From Nitrospira sp. (GTDB lineage: Bacteria; Nitrospirota; Nitrospiria; Nitrospirales; Nitrospiraceae): a DNA stretch of 64,000 bases. The position numbers and the translations under genes are program-made. A model generated the notes under the pieces. It was not told the DNA's origin. It searched no databases and saw only the letters and a program-made list of their open reading frames with translations. The DNA lies in the NCBI GenBank assembly GCA_024998595.1, contig JACOEK010000006.1:126433-190432 (forward strand), read 5' to 3'. This document shows positions 8,600-18,044 of this stretch, one piece after another. The number at the start of each line of letters is the position of its first letter. Position 1 is the stretch's first letter.

Positions 8600-9979
8600 C
8601 TAGGGAGTGGGTTTCTCGCCCGGGGCACGATCGCCCTGAACAGCCCGGGTGGCGCGTTCGCTTTGCCCGCCCAATTCCAGATACCGGCGAAACGCGTCGA
8701 TCGACTTCTGTGGCTCATTCAAGTGGTCGGCGTACAAGGTACCCAGCGAAAAATAGACATCGGTATAGGCGGGATTGACCGCCAGTGTCTGCAGCAGCGC
8801 CCGTTCAGCCTCCTGGTGCTGGCCCTTCTTTTCGAGGGCCAGCGCCAATGAGTAATGAGAGTCGGGGTTCTGCGGGGCATGTTGCACTGCCGCCTGCGCC
8901 GCTGCCAATGATTCTTCGAGGTTGGGCAGCACCTCCAGGCGAAGATAACTCTTCAACACATAGGCGTCGCCGAAAGACGGATCGTAGGTAATCGCGCGAT
9001 TCAGCCGTTCCAGGGCTTCTTCTGCCGACTTTTGTTGCTGCAGCAGGGCGAAGGCCTGTTCATATTGAACGCGGGCTTCTTTCATCCGGTCCGCCTCGGT
9101 GCTCGGTTCTTTCCCGAGCGAAAACATTTCCTTCCGCCCTTCGATGAGGATGACATCCCCGTCTCCCTCGAGTTGGATGAACTGCGGGTGTTGAGCGCCC
9201 TTGGTCTCACGCTCGACGTCCTGCTTCACCTGAGCGGCGAGTTCACTGGCCATGACCCACCCGTTCTTATTCAGATCCGCCGCGCCCTTCAGTCCGGCCA
9301 CTAGCGCCGTCACGAAGGGACTCTGCCCCGGAATGCGGCCGACCGCCTCCTCCTTCTCAGCCGCCGTGAGCACCTGAACGGAGCGTTTCTCCGTGTCGTC
9401 TTCCGGCGACAAACGCCCTTCCAATGAGAGCGGTTGCGGCGCCGTGACATCCCAACCCCGCAGGTTGGCATCAAACAACATGAGGATGTGCTTGGAAGCC
9501 GATCGCCGGCTGAACTCCTTGAGCTGATCCAGGGTAATCGCTTTGGCAGGATTGTTGAGCTGCGCGTCCCAGGGAACCACATAACCCAGATCTTTGGACT
9601 GAGAATCCTGCGTCACGCCGGCATGGCCGGCAAAAAAGAAGACGACCCGATCCTGCCGCCCCACCTTGCGCGGGAGATAGTCGTTGAGAATTTGGAGCAG
9701 ACGCCTGGAGCTCGCGTCTTTGTCCTGCAGCTCGATCACCTCATCGAACCCGAGCCCTCGCAACGCCGTAGCCATCGCATGCGAACTGTCGAGCGCTCCC
9801 GGCACCTTAGGCGCGACGAGATAATTCTCGACCCCGACCACCACAGCCCACGACTTGTAGTAGAGCCCCTCCGGCTTCCCGACCTGGGCCAGCGAAGGAT
9901 CAGTGGAAATTCCGGCGACGCACAAGGCCGCCAGGCAGGTGATCATCCGGGGAAAACTGAGAGATCTCTGCGAACGCAT
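8600..9979 (-). CDS. Exported caspase-like (peptidase C14) domain plus TPR protein; catalytic Cys replaced by Asn
   Basis: SWAVVVGVENY, FFFAGH(119), LFDAN(172); C-terminal TPR repeats; N-terminal signal peptide. Confidence 0.85.
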   Translation of the reverse strand: MRSQRSLSFPRMITCLAALCVAGISTDPSLAQVGKPEGLYYKSWAVVVGVENYLVAPKVPGALDSSHAMATALRGLGFDEVIELQDKDASSRRLLQILNDYLPRKVGRQDRVVFFFAGHAGVTQDSQSKDLGYVVPWDAQLNNPAKAITLDQLKEFSRRSASKHILMLFDANLRGWDVTAPQPLSLEGRLSPEDDTEKRSVQVLTAAEKEEAVGRIPGQSPFVTALVAGLKGAADLNKNGWVMASELAAQVKQDVERETKGAQHPQFIQLEGDGDVILIEGRKEMFSLGKEPSTEADRMKEARVQYEQAFALLQQQKSAEEALERLNRAITYDPSFGDAYVLKSYLRLEVLPNLEESLAAAQAAVQHAPQNPDSHYSLALALEKKGQHQEAERALLQTLAVNPAYTDVYFSLGTLYADHLNEPQKSIDAFRRYLELGGQSERATRAVQGDRAPGEKPTP

Positions 9980-10012
9980 CAGGAGGATGATCCAGTGAAA
10001 GGCAACGGGCTC

Positions 10013-10042
10013 AGCCTACCCTCGCTCCGTCCCGACTGTCAA
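10013..10042 (-). promoter_or_regulatory. Sigma70 promoter of the caspase-like gene
   Basis: TTGACA-N18-TAGGCT. Confidence 0.55.
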
Positions 10043-10207
10043 GAAAGGCCATCGCCGTCAGACCTTGTCCCATGCGGCCATCCCTCGCTTTCCGGCCTGG
10101 TCTCTCTGCGGCGCGAGGGTTGCAGTTCCTTCGCCCCATCCGCATAATGCCGTAGACGATTGAACCGCGCAGCGGACAGGCCCGCGCTTTGTGGAGGTAT
10201 GGCAGTC

Positions 10208-12097
10208 ATGAGCGAGAAGATCGATACGCTATTGAAAGAAGGACGTGTCATCCAGCCGTCTGCCCGGACCAAAGCGGCGGCGCATATTCAGGATTATGAC
10301 CAGGCCTACAAGGCCTCCATTGCCGATCCGGAAGCCTTCTGGGGCGGTGTGGCCAAGGAACTGGATTGGTTCTCGCCATGGAGCCGGGTCCTCGACTGGA
10401 ACTACCCCTGGGCGAAATGGTTCGTCGGCGCGACCTGTAATATTGCGTACAATTGTCTCGATCGCCATGCGAACGGCTGGCGCCGCAACAAAGTTGCCGT
10501 CATCTGGGTAGGCGAGAACGGCGAAGAACGCATCTTCACCTATGGAGAGCTGCTGCGCCAGGTCAACCGGTGCGCCAACGCTCTCAAGGCGCTCGGCTTG
10601 AACAAGGGCGACCGCGTCACGATTTATCTCCCGAAAATTCCCGAGCAGGTTGTGGCCATGTTGGCCTGCGCACGCATCGGCGTGATTCACAGTGTGGTGT
10701 ATTCGGGGTTCAGCGCGCCGGCCCTGGCGAGCCGTATTCAAGATGCCGAAGCACGCCTCGTCATCACCGCCGACGTCGGCTACGACCGAGGGAAAACGAT
10801 TCCACTTAAACCCGTGGTGGATGCTGCCGTGCAATCCTGTCCCTCTGTGGAAAAAGTCGTGATGGTGCGCCGGGATGCCCTTGGTGTCGCACTCACCGCG
10901 CCGAAGGAAATCGAGTGGGCCGACTGGCTGAAGGAACAAAGCGCCGTGTGTGCGGCGGAACCGCTCGACGCCGAAACACCGCTCTACATCCTCTACACGT
11001 CAGGGACCACCGGCAAACCCAAAGGGGTCGTGCACGTGCATGGCGGGTATATGGTCGGTACCTACATCACCACGAAATATGTGTTCGACCTGAAAGAAGA
11101 GGATGTATATTTCTGTGTAGCCGACCCCGGCTGGGTGACGGGACATAGTTACATCGTCTACGGACCGCTGCTGAACGGCGCAACCATTCTCATGGCCGAG
11201 GGCAAGCCCGATTACCCCAACCCCGGCCGTTGGTGGGATCTCATCGCCCGGTACGGCGTCTCCATTTTCTACACGACACCCACGGCCGTCCGATTGCTGA
11301 TGAAATACGGCGAAGACTGGCCGAAGAAATACGATCTCTCCACGTTGCGCATTCTCGGCAGCGTCGGCGAGCCCATCAATCCCGAAGCTTGGGAATGGTT
11401 CTATCGCGTGACCGGAAGCGACAAACCCATCATGGACACCTGGTGGCAAACCGAAACCGGTTCCATCCTGGTCACACCCCTCCCTTCCGTCCCGCTCAAG
11501 CCCGGTTCGGCGACGAGGCCGTTTCTGGGAATCGAAGCAGACGTGGTGGATAAGGAAGGGAACAGCCTGCCGAGTAATGCCGGTGGTTTTGCCGTGATCA
11601 AAAAACCCTGGCCCTCGATGATGCGCACCATTTACAAGGACCCGGATCGGTACAAGGTCTATTGGAATACCATCCCCAATTGCTATACGGCGGGCGACGT
11701 CTGCCGCAAGGACCATGACGGCTACATGTGGTTCATGGGCCGCGCCGACGACGTCATCAAGGTCGCAGGCAACCGCATCGGAACAGCGGAAGTCGAAAGC
11801 GCACTGGTGAGTCACGATGCGGTGGCCGAAGCCGCGGTGATCGGCAAGCCGCACCGTACCGCCGGAGAAGCGATCAAAGCCTTTGTCATTCTCAAGCAAG
11901 GCTATCAGGACTCGAAGGAGCTGGTGCAGTCGCTCAAGGATCATGTGCTGAAGGAACTGGGGAAAATCGCGGTGCCGCAGGAGATCGATATCGTGCCGTC
12001 GTTGCCGAAAACGCGCTCCGGCAAGATCATGCGGCGGGTCCTCAAGGCGAAGGAGTTGGGGCAGGACGTGGGCGATATTTCCACGATTGAAGACTAA
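10208..12097 (+). CDS. acs: Acetyl-CoA synthetase
   Basis: YTSGTTGKPKG, DTWWQTETG, LPKTRSGKIMRR; GGAGG SD 10 nt before ATG 10208. Confidence 0.97.
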   Translation: MSEKIDTLLKEGRVIQPSARTKAAAHIQDYDQAYKASIADPEAFWGGVAKELDWFSPWSRVLDWNYPWAKWFVGATCNIAYNCLDRHANGWRRNKVAVIWVGENGEERIFTYGELLRQVNRCANALKALGLNKGDRVTIYLPKIPEQVVAMLACARIGVIHSVVYSGFSAPALASRIQDAEARLVITADVGYDRGKTIPLKPVVDAAVQSCPSVEKVVMVRRDALGVALTAPKEIEWADWLKEQSAVCAAEPLDAETPLYILYTSGTTGKPKGVVHVHGGYMVGTYITTKYVFDLKEEDVYFCVADPGWVTGHSYIVYGPLLNGATILMAEGKPDYPNPGRWWDLIARYGVSIFYTTPTAVRLLMKYGEDWPKKYDLSTLRILGSVGEPINPEAWEWFYRVTGSDKPIMDTWWQTETGSILVTPLPSVPLKPGSATRPFLGIEADVVDKEGNSLPSNAGGFAVIKKPWPSMMRTIYKDPDRYKVYWNTIPNCYTAGDVCRKDHDGYMWFMGRADDVIKVAGNRIGTAEVESALVSHDAVAEAAVIGKPHRTAGEAIKAFVILKQGYQDSKELVQSLKDHVLKELGKIAVPQEIDIVPSLPKTRSGKIMRRVLKAKELGQDVGDISTIED

Positions 12098-12150
12098 GTT
12101 GATTCACTATAGTTACGCATCATCTTTAACGGTATGCATGGAGGCCGGTC

Positions 12151-12672
12151 ATGCTAGGGGAACGTACAGCACAAGGAATTCTGTGGTCGATGGTTACGGG
12201 ACTCATCTTACTCGGGGGAGTTGATCCCATCATCGCCGCGGACGACACTCAGAAACCGGCAAAGCAGGCTCCCGCTTCGACGGCGAAGAAGGCCCCCGAG
12301 AAAAAACCTGCGGCGAAAAGCGGAGACAAGAAGGATACAGCCGCCGCAAAGGCCAAAGGGCAACCCCCTAAGTATACGTCGGCTGAAACTGTGGCGAAGG
12401 CCCAAGCCTGTTTCGGCGAGGCCCCTAAGATTCAATCGGTCACACCGGATGAAGGCAAGGCCGGCGAGAAAGTGACGATCTTCGGCAAGGGATTCGGGCC
12501 GGCCGCCTGTCTGCGATCGCTCTCCTTTGGTCCGGGGTATCCCGCTGCCTTCACCTTCGTCAGCGATGCGCAAATCACCGCCACCGTGCCGTCCGGCAGA
12601 CGAAAGGGCATGGCCATGATGACCATCACGACAGCTTCTGGCGAAGACTCCAAGGGGTTTCTGCTGAAGTAG
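12151..12672 (+). CDS. Exported IPT/TIG-domain protein with a Lys/Ala/Pro-rich linker
   Basis: Signal peptide; PKIQSVTPDEGKAGEKVTIFGKGF...SDAQITATVP. Confidence 0.8.
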   Translation: MLGERTAQGILWSMVTGLILLGGVDPIIAADDTQKPAKQAPASTAKKAPEKKPAAKSGDKKDTAAAKAKGQPPKYTSAETVAKAQACFGEAPKIQSVTPDEGKAGEKVTIFGKGFGPAACLRSLSFGPGYPAAFTFVSDAQITATVPSGRRKGMAMMTITTASGEDSKGFLLK

Positions 12673-12677
12673 GAAGA

Positions 12678-12757
12678 GGGCGAGACCTACACTCTGGGTA
12701 CGTTGAAGGCCTAAGCGATGCGAGAAGGCGCTGGAGGACTATTTCAGAATCCTACTA
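12678..12757 (+). repeat. Degenerate right-half copy of dispersed repeat family 1
   Basis: GGTACGTTGA...GCGATGCGAGAA...CTGGAGG...TTTC...CCTAC-TA aligns with 3412-3486; lies between convergent genes and abuts the ribE stop. Confidence 0.6.
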
Positions 12758-13411
12758 AATCAATCCCCGGCGCTGCAGATAATCTTTGTCGATGACCGGC
12801 GTGGGTTTTGGCGGAAGGAGGCCTCGTTCCTGCAGGAGTCTTTCGACGTACTTGCCGATCAGGTCAGATTCGAGATTGACCTTGTCGCCCACCTGTTTGA
12901 GCCCAAGTGTGGTGACTTTCGCCGTATGGGGGATGATCGCCACCAGGAACGAGCGCTCGGTCACCTCGTTGATGGTCAGGCTAATGCCATCCACCGTGAT
13001 CGAGCCCTTGTGAACGCAAAGGCGCAGAATGTCTTTGGGCGCTTCAATTTCCAGGACCAGCGCATTGCCATCTTGATGCCGGCTGCGAATGGCGCCGATG
13101 CCGTCGACATGACCGGAAACCATGTGTCCGCCGATCCGCTCGTTCAGTTTCATCGCCCGTTCTAAGTTCACGGGCGAGCCGGTGGTGAGAGTGCCGAGGG
13201 TCGTGACGTTGAGCGTTTCCGGTGATACGTCGACGGAGAAGTCGTGATCGGTGCGGGCAACCGCCGTCAGACAGGCGCCGTTCACACTCACGCTGGCGCC
13301 GAGCGTCAGGTCGGTCATGATGGTCGAGGCCATGATGGTAAGCCGGGTGCCCGCCAACCCCTTATTCAGGATGGAGACCGCGCCCATCTCTTCCACAATG
13401 CCGCTGAACAT
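12755..13411 (-). CDS. ribE: Riboflavin synthase (alpha chain)
   Basis: N-terminal MFSGIVEE; SVSVNGACLT, VNLERAM, GGHMVSGHVDG, GSITVDGISLT. Confidence 0.97.
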   Translation of the reverse strand: MFSGIVEEMGAVSILNKGLAGTRLTIMASTIMTDLTLGASVSVNGACLTAVARTDHDFSVDVSPETLNVTTLGTLTTGSPVNLERAMKLNERIGGHMVSGHVDGIGAIRSRHQDGNALVLEIEAPKDILRLCVHKGSITVDGISLTINEVTERSFLVAIIPHTAKVTTLGLKQVGDKVNLESDLIGKYVERLLQERGLLPPKPTPVIDKDYLQRRGLI

Positions 13412-13414
13412 AGC

Positions 13415-13522
13415 TCACGCCCCCTTGTGCGTCTTCAAGAGATAGAGACAAAAACCGAGCAACCCAATCCCGCCCACGATGGCAATCCCGCGCTGAAGCG
13501 TTTCGATAAAATCCGTGTCCAT
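13415..13522 (-). CDS. Small single-pass membrane protein (35 aa; not in ORF track)
   Basis: Hand translation MDTDFIETLQRGIAIVGGIGLLGFCLYLLKTHKGA*; AAGGAAG/AAGGG upstream; stop 3 nt before the ribE ATG. Confidence 0.6.
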   Translation of the reverse strand: MDTDFIETLQRGIAIVGGIGLLGFCLYLLKTHKGA

Positions 13523-13588
13523 CCCTTGCTGCTTCCTTGTGAAAAAATTGTAGAGTCGCTCGCCCGAATAATGCGGCGGCATTATACA

Positions 13589-14770
13589 CTACCGCGAAAT
13601 CGTTCTCATCGTCGCCCAGAACGCAACGGCCGCAAGAATCTGCAGCCCGGCGATCACCGCAAATGCCCCTTGATAGCTGGCGTGGGCAATCAAAAACCCG
13701 GCCAAGAGCGGACCGCTGGCATGGCCGATGTCCATGACCGTTCCCTGCATCCCCATCCCCGCCCCCAGCCGTTTGAACTCGGAACTGTCGGCCACCAGCG
13801 CGGCGGAGGATGACGAGACCACCGCCTCTCCGAATCCGAAACCGGAGGACAGTAGCAGCAGTACTGCAAATGACCCGACATGGGGCATGCTGATGAACGT
13901 CGCCGCGCAAATGACCAGGCCGGTCACGATCAACGGCTGCCGTCCGACCCGGTCCGAGACCCGTCCCATCACAGGTTTGGACAAGAACGACGTCACCGCC
14001 TGCACGCTGAAAAGCAGACCGACTTCACCGGCATTCAGGCCGACGGAGAGGCCATAGAGCGGCAGGAACGCCATCAGCGCGCCGTTCGCGATCATCTTGG
14101 CCGCATCGGTGGAACTCGTGATCAACACTTTCCGATTCCTGGCTACCGCGAGAAACCCTTTCCCCATTTCGGTGATCACCGGAGCCAGGCCCTTCTCACG
14201 TACACGCGGGGGCGGCTCGTCCAGGTGGAGGCTGAAAAAAATCAGGATTGCGATGCACCCGAACACTCCGGCGGTCACAAACGCAGTGGAAAACCCGGCC
14301 GCATGGGCCAGCCATCCCCCGAGAAACGGGCCCAGGAGGGAGCCGGACTGGGTGCAGGCGGTGTACGTTCCCATCGCCGCCCCGCGGCGTTCTTTGTAGA
14401 GATCAGCCACGGTGGCCAGGGCGCTGGGGGCGAAGATGGCCGTCGCCACGCCATGGACGAATCGCAACGCCGTCAGCGCATTGAGGTCTGATATGAACGG
14501 ATAGATGAACGGCGGCAAGCCGAATGCCACGACACCGATACGGAGCAGCATCTTTCGCCCATAGATGTCGGACAGAGCGCCCGAGGGCAGTTTCAGCAAC
14601 ACCCCGGTAATCGTTGATACCGACACGATCAATCCGATCCGCTCCGGCCCGGCGCCAAGAGATTCCGCGAAGAGGGACAAGACCGGCATGCGGACGAGGT
14701 TATAACTGATGAAGCAAAACACGCCGAGCGTGCAGAGGTAGAAAAAACTGCGGGAAGTGGTCATCACCAT
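13589..14770 (-). CDS. MFS transporter
   Basis: About 12 hydrophobic segments; motif A GALSDIYGRK and repeat GRVSDRVGRQ. Confidence 0.93.
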   Translation of the reverse strand: MVMTTSRSFFYLCTLGVFCFISYNLVRMPVLSLFAESLGAGPERIGLIVSVSTITGVLLKLPSGALSDIYGRKMLLRIGVVAFGLPPFIYPFISDLNALTALRFVHGVATAIFAPSALATVADLYKERRGAAMGTYTACTQSGSLLGPFLGGWLAHAAGFSTAFVTAGVFGCIAILIFFSLHLDEPPPRVREKGLAPVITEMGKGFLAVARNRKVLITSSTDAAKMIANGALMAFLPLYGLSVGLNAGEVGLLFSVQAVTSFLSKPVMGRVSDRVGRQPLIVTGLVICAATFISMPHVGSFAVLLLLSSGFGFGEAVVSSSSAALVADSSEFKRLGAGMGMQGTVMDIGHASGPLLAGFLIAHASYQGAFAVIAGLQILAAVAFWATMRTISR

Positions 14771-14771
14771 C

Positions 14772-15581
14772 TCATGGGAGGGCAGGGCCCGGTCTCTGCG
14801 CAGGATTGTGCATGGACGTCAGGGCGGCTTTCAAGAAGGCAACCTGCTCATCAGGAAGACCGGGCGGGTCCGTCGCCTCGAACAGCACTTGATCCGGATG
14901 GTCGCGCATGGCTCCGGCCAAACGACGGGCGGCATCAAACGCCTTCACGACTTGCCGATTGACCACCGTACCGATCAACGGACGGAGCAGCGACAACAGA
15001 CCGGAGTACAATTTATTATCGAGCCGCAAATACGCCACCATCGTATTGTCGATCGATTCGATCCCCTGGCCGTCTTTCATGGGCTGCAATTTGAACAGCA
15101 CCAGGGCCTTGCCGCTGACTCGCGGCAGGAACCGCCCATCGTGAGTTCCTTCGATAAAATAGATACGCGTGCTGCGATCTTGATACAGCGGCTGCACAAT
15201 GCCTTCCGTGCCTTCACCATCCGTCGCCCAAAATGCCTCCGGACCGCGCATCTCCGCTTTGTATAACCCGAGGTCGAGGCGATTGGCCAGAGCGGCGGTC
15301 ATGACCGGATGCTCCAACAGGTACAGGTACACATCTTCCGGCAGCAGGGTACGGATCGGGCCGATCTTATTCGCCGTCGTGTAATGCGCAATGATCGGTT
15401 CAAGCCGGCATGTCCAGGCCGCATCCACATGATCGAGGGGAAACACCATGCCGACATGGCGCAAAGGCAGGGAGCATCGGTTGGGTTCAGCCAGCCCGGA
15501 AGAATCGGAGAGCGCCAGCGCGGCGGTGAGTACAGCGGTCACCGAGCCGGTTCGTCGAACGATCTTTCCAACCCCGATCAT
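14772..15581 (-). CDS. Hypothetical exported protein (possible START/SRPBCC-like fold)
   Basis: Signal-like N-terminus; ATGA overlap with the upstream hydrolase. Fold call is tentative. Confidence 0.7.
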   Translation of the reverse strand: MIGVGKIVRRTGSVTAVLTAALALSDSSGLAEPNRCSLPLRHVGMVFPLDHVDAAWTCRLEPIIAHYTTANKIGPIRTLLPEDVYLYLLEHPVMTAALANRLDLGLYKAEMRGPEAFWATDGEGTEGIVQPLYQDRSTRIYFIEGTHDGRFLPRVSGKALVLFKLQPMKDGQGIESIDNTMVAYLRLDNKLYSGLLSLLRPLIGTVVNRQVVKAFDAARRLAGAMRDHPDQVLFEATDPPGLPDEQVAFLKAALTSMHNPAQRPGPALP

Positions 15582-16909
15582 GAAGCCCGTGGGGGCACGG
15601 TCAGCGTCACCTGGGCTGGGAAGAGCTGTGCAGGGTCGTGCCGGAGACGGGCCTGCCTCAGCAGTGTTTCGACATGTGGTGTGAGAAGGCCTTCGAATGA
15701 AGGCTGCCCGTCGATGGTGATGACGACCGGTTTGGACAGATCGACGAGATCATCATTCAGATACAGCGTGTATTGCCGCACACGGTCGGTCCGCACGTCG
15801 ATCCGATTCGGACCCGTCACCTGTGCGGTCAATCGGGCATAGGTCCGCTTCCGGATGCTGTCATCACGCTTGTCGATCAAGTCTTCGGAAAAAGACGCAA
15901 TCTGATCCGTCGCATCGATCCGCACCCATCCGAACGGCAGGAGATGGCTCGCGTCGCGCACGACCGTCAGGGTCTTCGGAACCGGCATCCGGCGCTGATT
16001 GTCGAACCACTTCACCAGATCAGGAAGCTCTTCACGCGGAAAGAAATGACCGCCCGCCATGGCGTGGGTCCGATCATGCTCGCGATAGATGAATGGGTAG
16101 TCGAGATTCTTCAGCTCACCGGCAAGCTTTCGACTCAACTCCACGGGCATGACTTGATCTTGCGACCCATGAATGATGTAGACCGGCGTGGTGCGAAGGT
16201 TTTCTAAAAATGGAAATAGGACATCGTCGATTCCGCTGGCCATCGGCGCAAGTCCCGCGAACAAGGGAGCGTGGTGCATGCCGATCAGCCAGGCGCCGAT
16301 GCCGCCGTTGGACATGCCACTGAGGAAGATCCGATTGGGATCGATTCGATACCGCTGCTGCACGAGCTGTACTGTCGCCAGCACCAGATCTTCGGCTCGT
16401 CTGGTAAACCAGCCGCCAGCGGGGTAGGTCGGACAGGCCAGGATGTAGTGTTCCCCCAACCGCGACTTCCACCGATCCAAGTAGGCCTCGCCGGTAAACC
16501 CCGCGCCGTGAAGACAGACCACGAGCGCATAGTCTTGGGTCGGCTCATAACTCTGTGGAATGGACAGGCTCAACCGGTAGGGCCGGTCGCGAACCACGAC
16601 CTGCTCATCCGGTAAGATGCCGACCGGCTGAAGGCCATGGGGTTGGCCCTTGCGCAGGATGTCCTGCACGACCTGAATAGTCGCCTCCGGCCGTCGCACG
16701 ATAGAAGTTAGAATTGAATTGGCCTGCTCGCTCTCCTGGGTCGTAAGGTATTGCCAGATCTGCGAAGCGAGATCAGTCGAAGGTGACTCTTCTGCCGCAT
16801 GGGTGACAGGAGCCCACAGCGCGATCAACCACATGCAGGCGAGAGACAGGAGGAATAGCGCGCGGCGCCGTTGAGGAAACCTGAAAGCAGGCGGGGAAGA
16901 AGATCGCAC
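15578..16909 (-). CDS. Exported alpha/beta hydrolase (esterase/depolymerase-like)
   Basis: VCLHGAG, nucleophile elbow LSGMSNGG, HGSQD, GGH; AGGAG SD. Confidence 0.88.
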   Translation of the reverse strand: MRSSSPPAFRFPQRRRALFLLSLACMWLIALWAPVTHAAEESPSTDLASQIWQYLTTQESEQANSILTSIVRRPEATIQVVQDILRKGQPHGLQPVGILPDEQVVVRDRPYRLSLSIPQSYEPTQDYALVVCLHGAGFTGEAYLDRWKSRLGEHYILACPTYPAGGWFTRRAEDLVLATVQLVQQRYRIDPNRIFLSGMSNGGIGAWLIGMHHAPLFAGLAPMASGIDDVLFPFLENLRTTPVYIIHGSQDQVMPVELSRKLAGELKNLDYPFIYREHDRTHAMAGGHFFPREELPDLVKWFDNQRRMPVPKTLTVVRDASHLLPFGWVRIDATDQIASFSEDLIDKRDDSIRKRTYARLTAQVTGPNRIDVRTDRVRQYTLYLNDDLVDLSKPVVITIDGQPSFEGLLTPHVETLLRQARLRHDPAQLFPAQVTLTVPPRAS

Positions 16910-16916
16910 GATGCTC

Positions 16917-18044
16917 CTATCGAGTCGGGAAATCAGCCTGAATCAGCATATCACGCCCGACCGGCTCGATGCGCAGATTCTTGAGCGGCATAGCGTCGCG
17001 CAAGCGGCGCGGCGACAGGCCGCCCACTAAACCTTTCGCATCCTGTCCGCCGAGCAGCAACGGAGCGACGAAACACATCAGACGCTGAGAAAGCCCGGCT
17101 CGCAGCACTGTCGCATTGAGATCGCTTCCGCCTTCGACAAGGAGACTCGTGACACCGAGTTGCCCAAGCCTGGTCCAGAGAGCAGGCAGATTGACGTGTC
17201 CGCCGGCATTGGGCAGCACCAATACGTCGACGCCACGGCCTTCCAGGAGCGCGATCTTTCTCGATGGGGCTTCGCGCGTCGTGGCAATCACGGTATGCGC
17301 CTCCTCTTGCCGTTGCAGCACGGCTGCTTTGAGAGGAATACGTAACCGACTATCAACCACGACCCGGAGCGGCTGTCGCGGTGCAAGCCGGACGGGATCA
17401 CCACCCGTTCTGGCAGTTAACTGTGGATCATCGCGCAAGACCGTCCCAATGCCGACCAGAATCGCATCGACATCGCCACGCAACTGATGCGCCCGTGCCC
17501 GGGCCACCTTGTCGGTGATCCATTGAGATTCGCCGCCGGCGGTCGCGATCTGACCATCCAACGTCATGCCGGCTTTCACGATGGTGAACGGCCGGCCGGT
17601 CTGCACCCAATGGATATAGGTCTCATTGAGTTGTACCGCTTCTGCTTCGCAGCACCCGACTTCGACCTGCAGCCCTGCCCGCTTCAGATGCGCAATACCT
17701 CTCCCCCGCACCTGCGGATTCGGATCCACCATGGCAACGACCACGCGGCGGACGCCGGAGTTGATGACCAGCGGAACACAAGGAGGCGTGCGTTTTTTGA
17801 GATGACTGCAGGGCTCGAGGGTGACGTACAGGGTGCTGCCTTTGGCCCGTGAAGCGGCCTGACTTAAGGCGATGACTTCGGCATGCGGACCACCGGCTTT
17901 GCGGTGAGAGCCCTGGCCGACGAGCTTACCGCGGCTCACGACCACCGCGCCGACCATGGGATTGGGACTGGTATGACCCCGGCCCTTCGCGGCGAGGCGA
18001 AGGGCCAGAGCCATCAGTTTAAGATCGCGAGGAGATGATTTCAC
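16917..18044 (-). CDS. ribD: Bifunctional diaminohydroxyphosphoribosylaminopyrimidine deaminase/reductase
   Basis: SPNPMVG, PHAE, TLEPCSH...PPC, TLDGQIA, LVEGG; GTGA overlap with ppdK. Confidence 0.97.
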   Translation of the reverse strand: MKSSPRDLKLMALALRLAAKGRGHTSPNPMVGAVVVSRGKLVGQGSHRKAGGPHAEVIALSQAASRAKGSTLYVTLEPCSHLKKRTPPCVPLVINSGVRRVVVAMVDPNPQVRGRGIAHLKRAGLQVEVGCCEAEAVQLNETYIHWVQTGRPFTIVKAGMTLDGQIATAGGESQWITDKVARARAHQLRGDVDAILVGIGTVLRDDPQLTARTGGDPVRLAPRQPLRVVVDSRLRIPLKAAVLQRQEEAHTVIATTREAPSRKIALLEGRGVDVLVLPNAGGHVNLPALWTRLGQLGVTSLLVEGGSDLNATVLRAGLSQRLMCFVAPLLLGGQDAKGLVGGLSPRRLRDAMPLKNLRIEPVGRDMLIQADFPTR

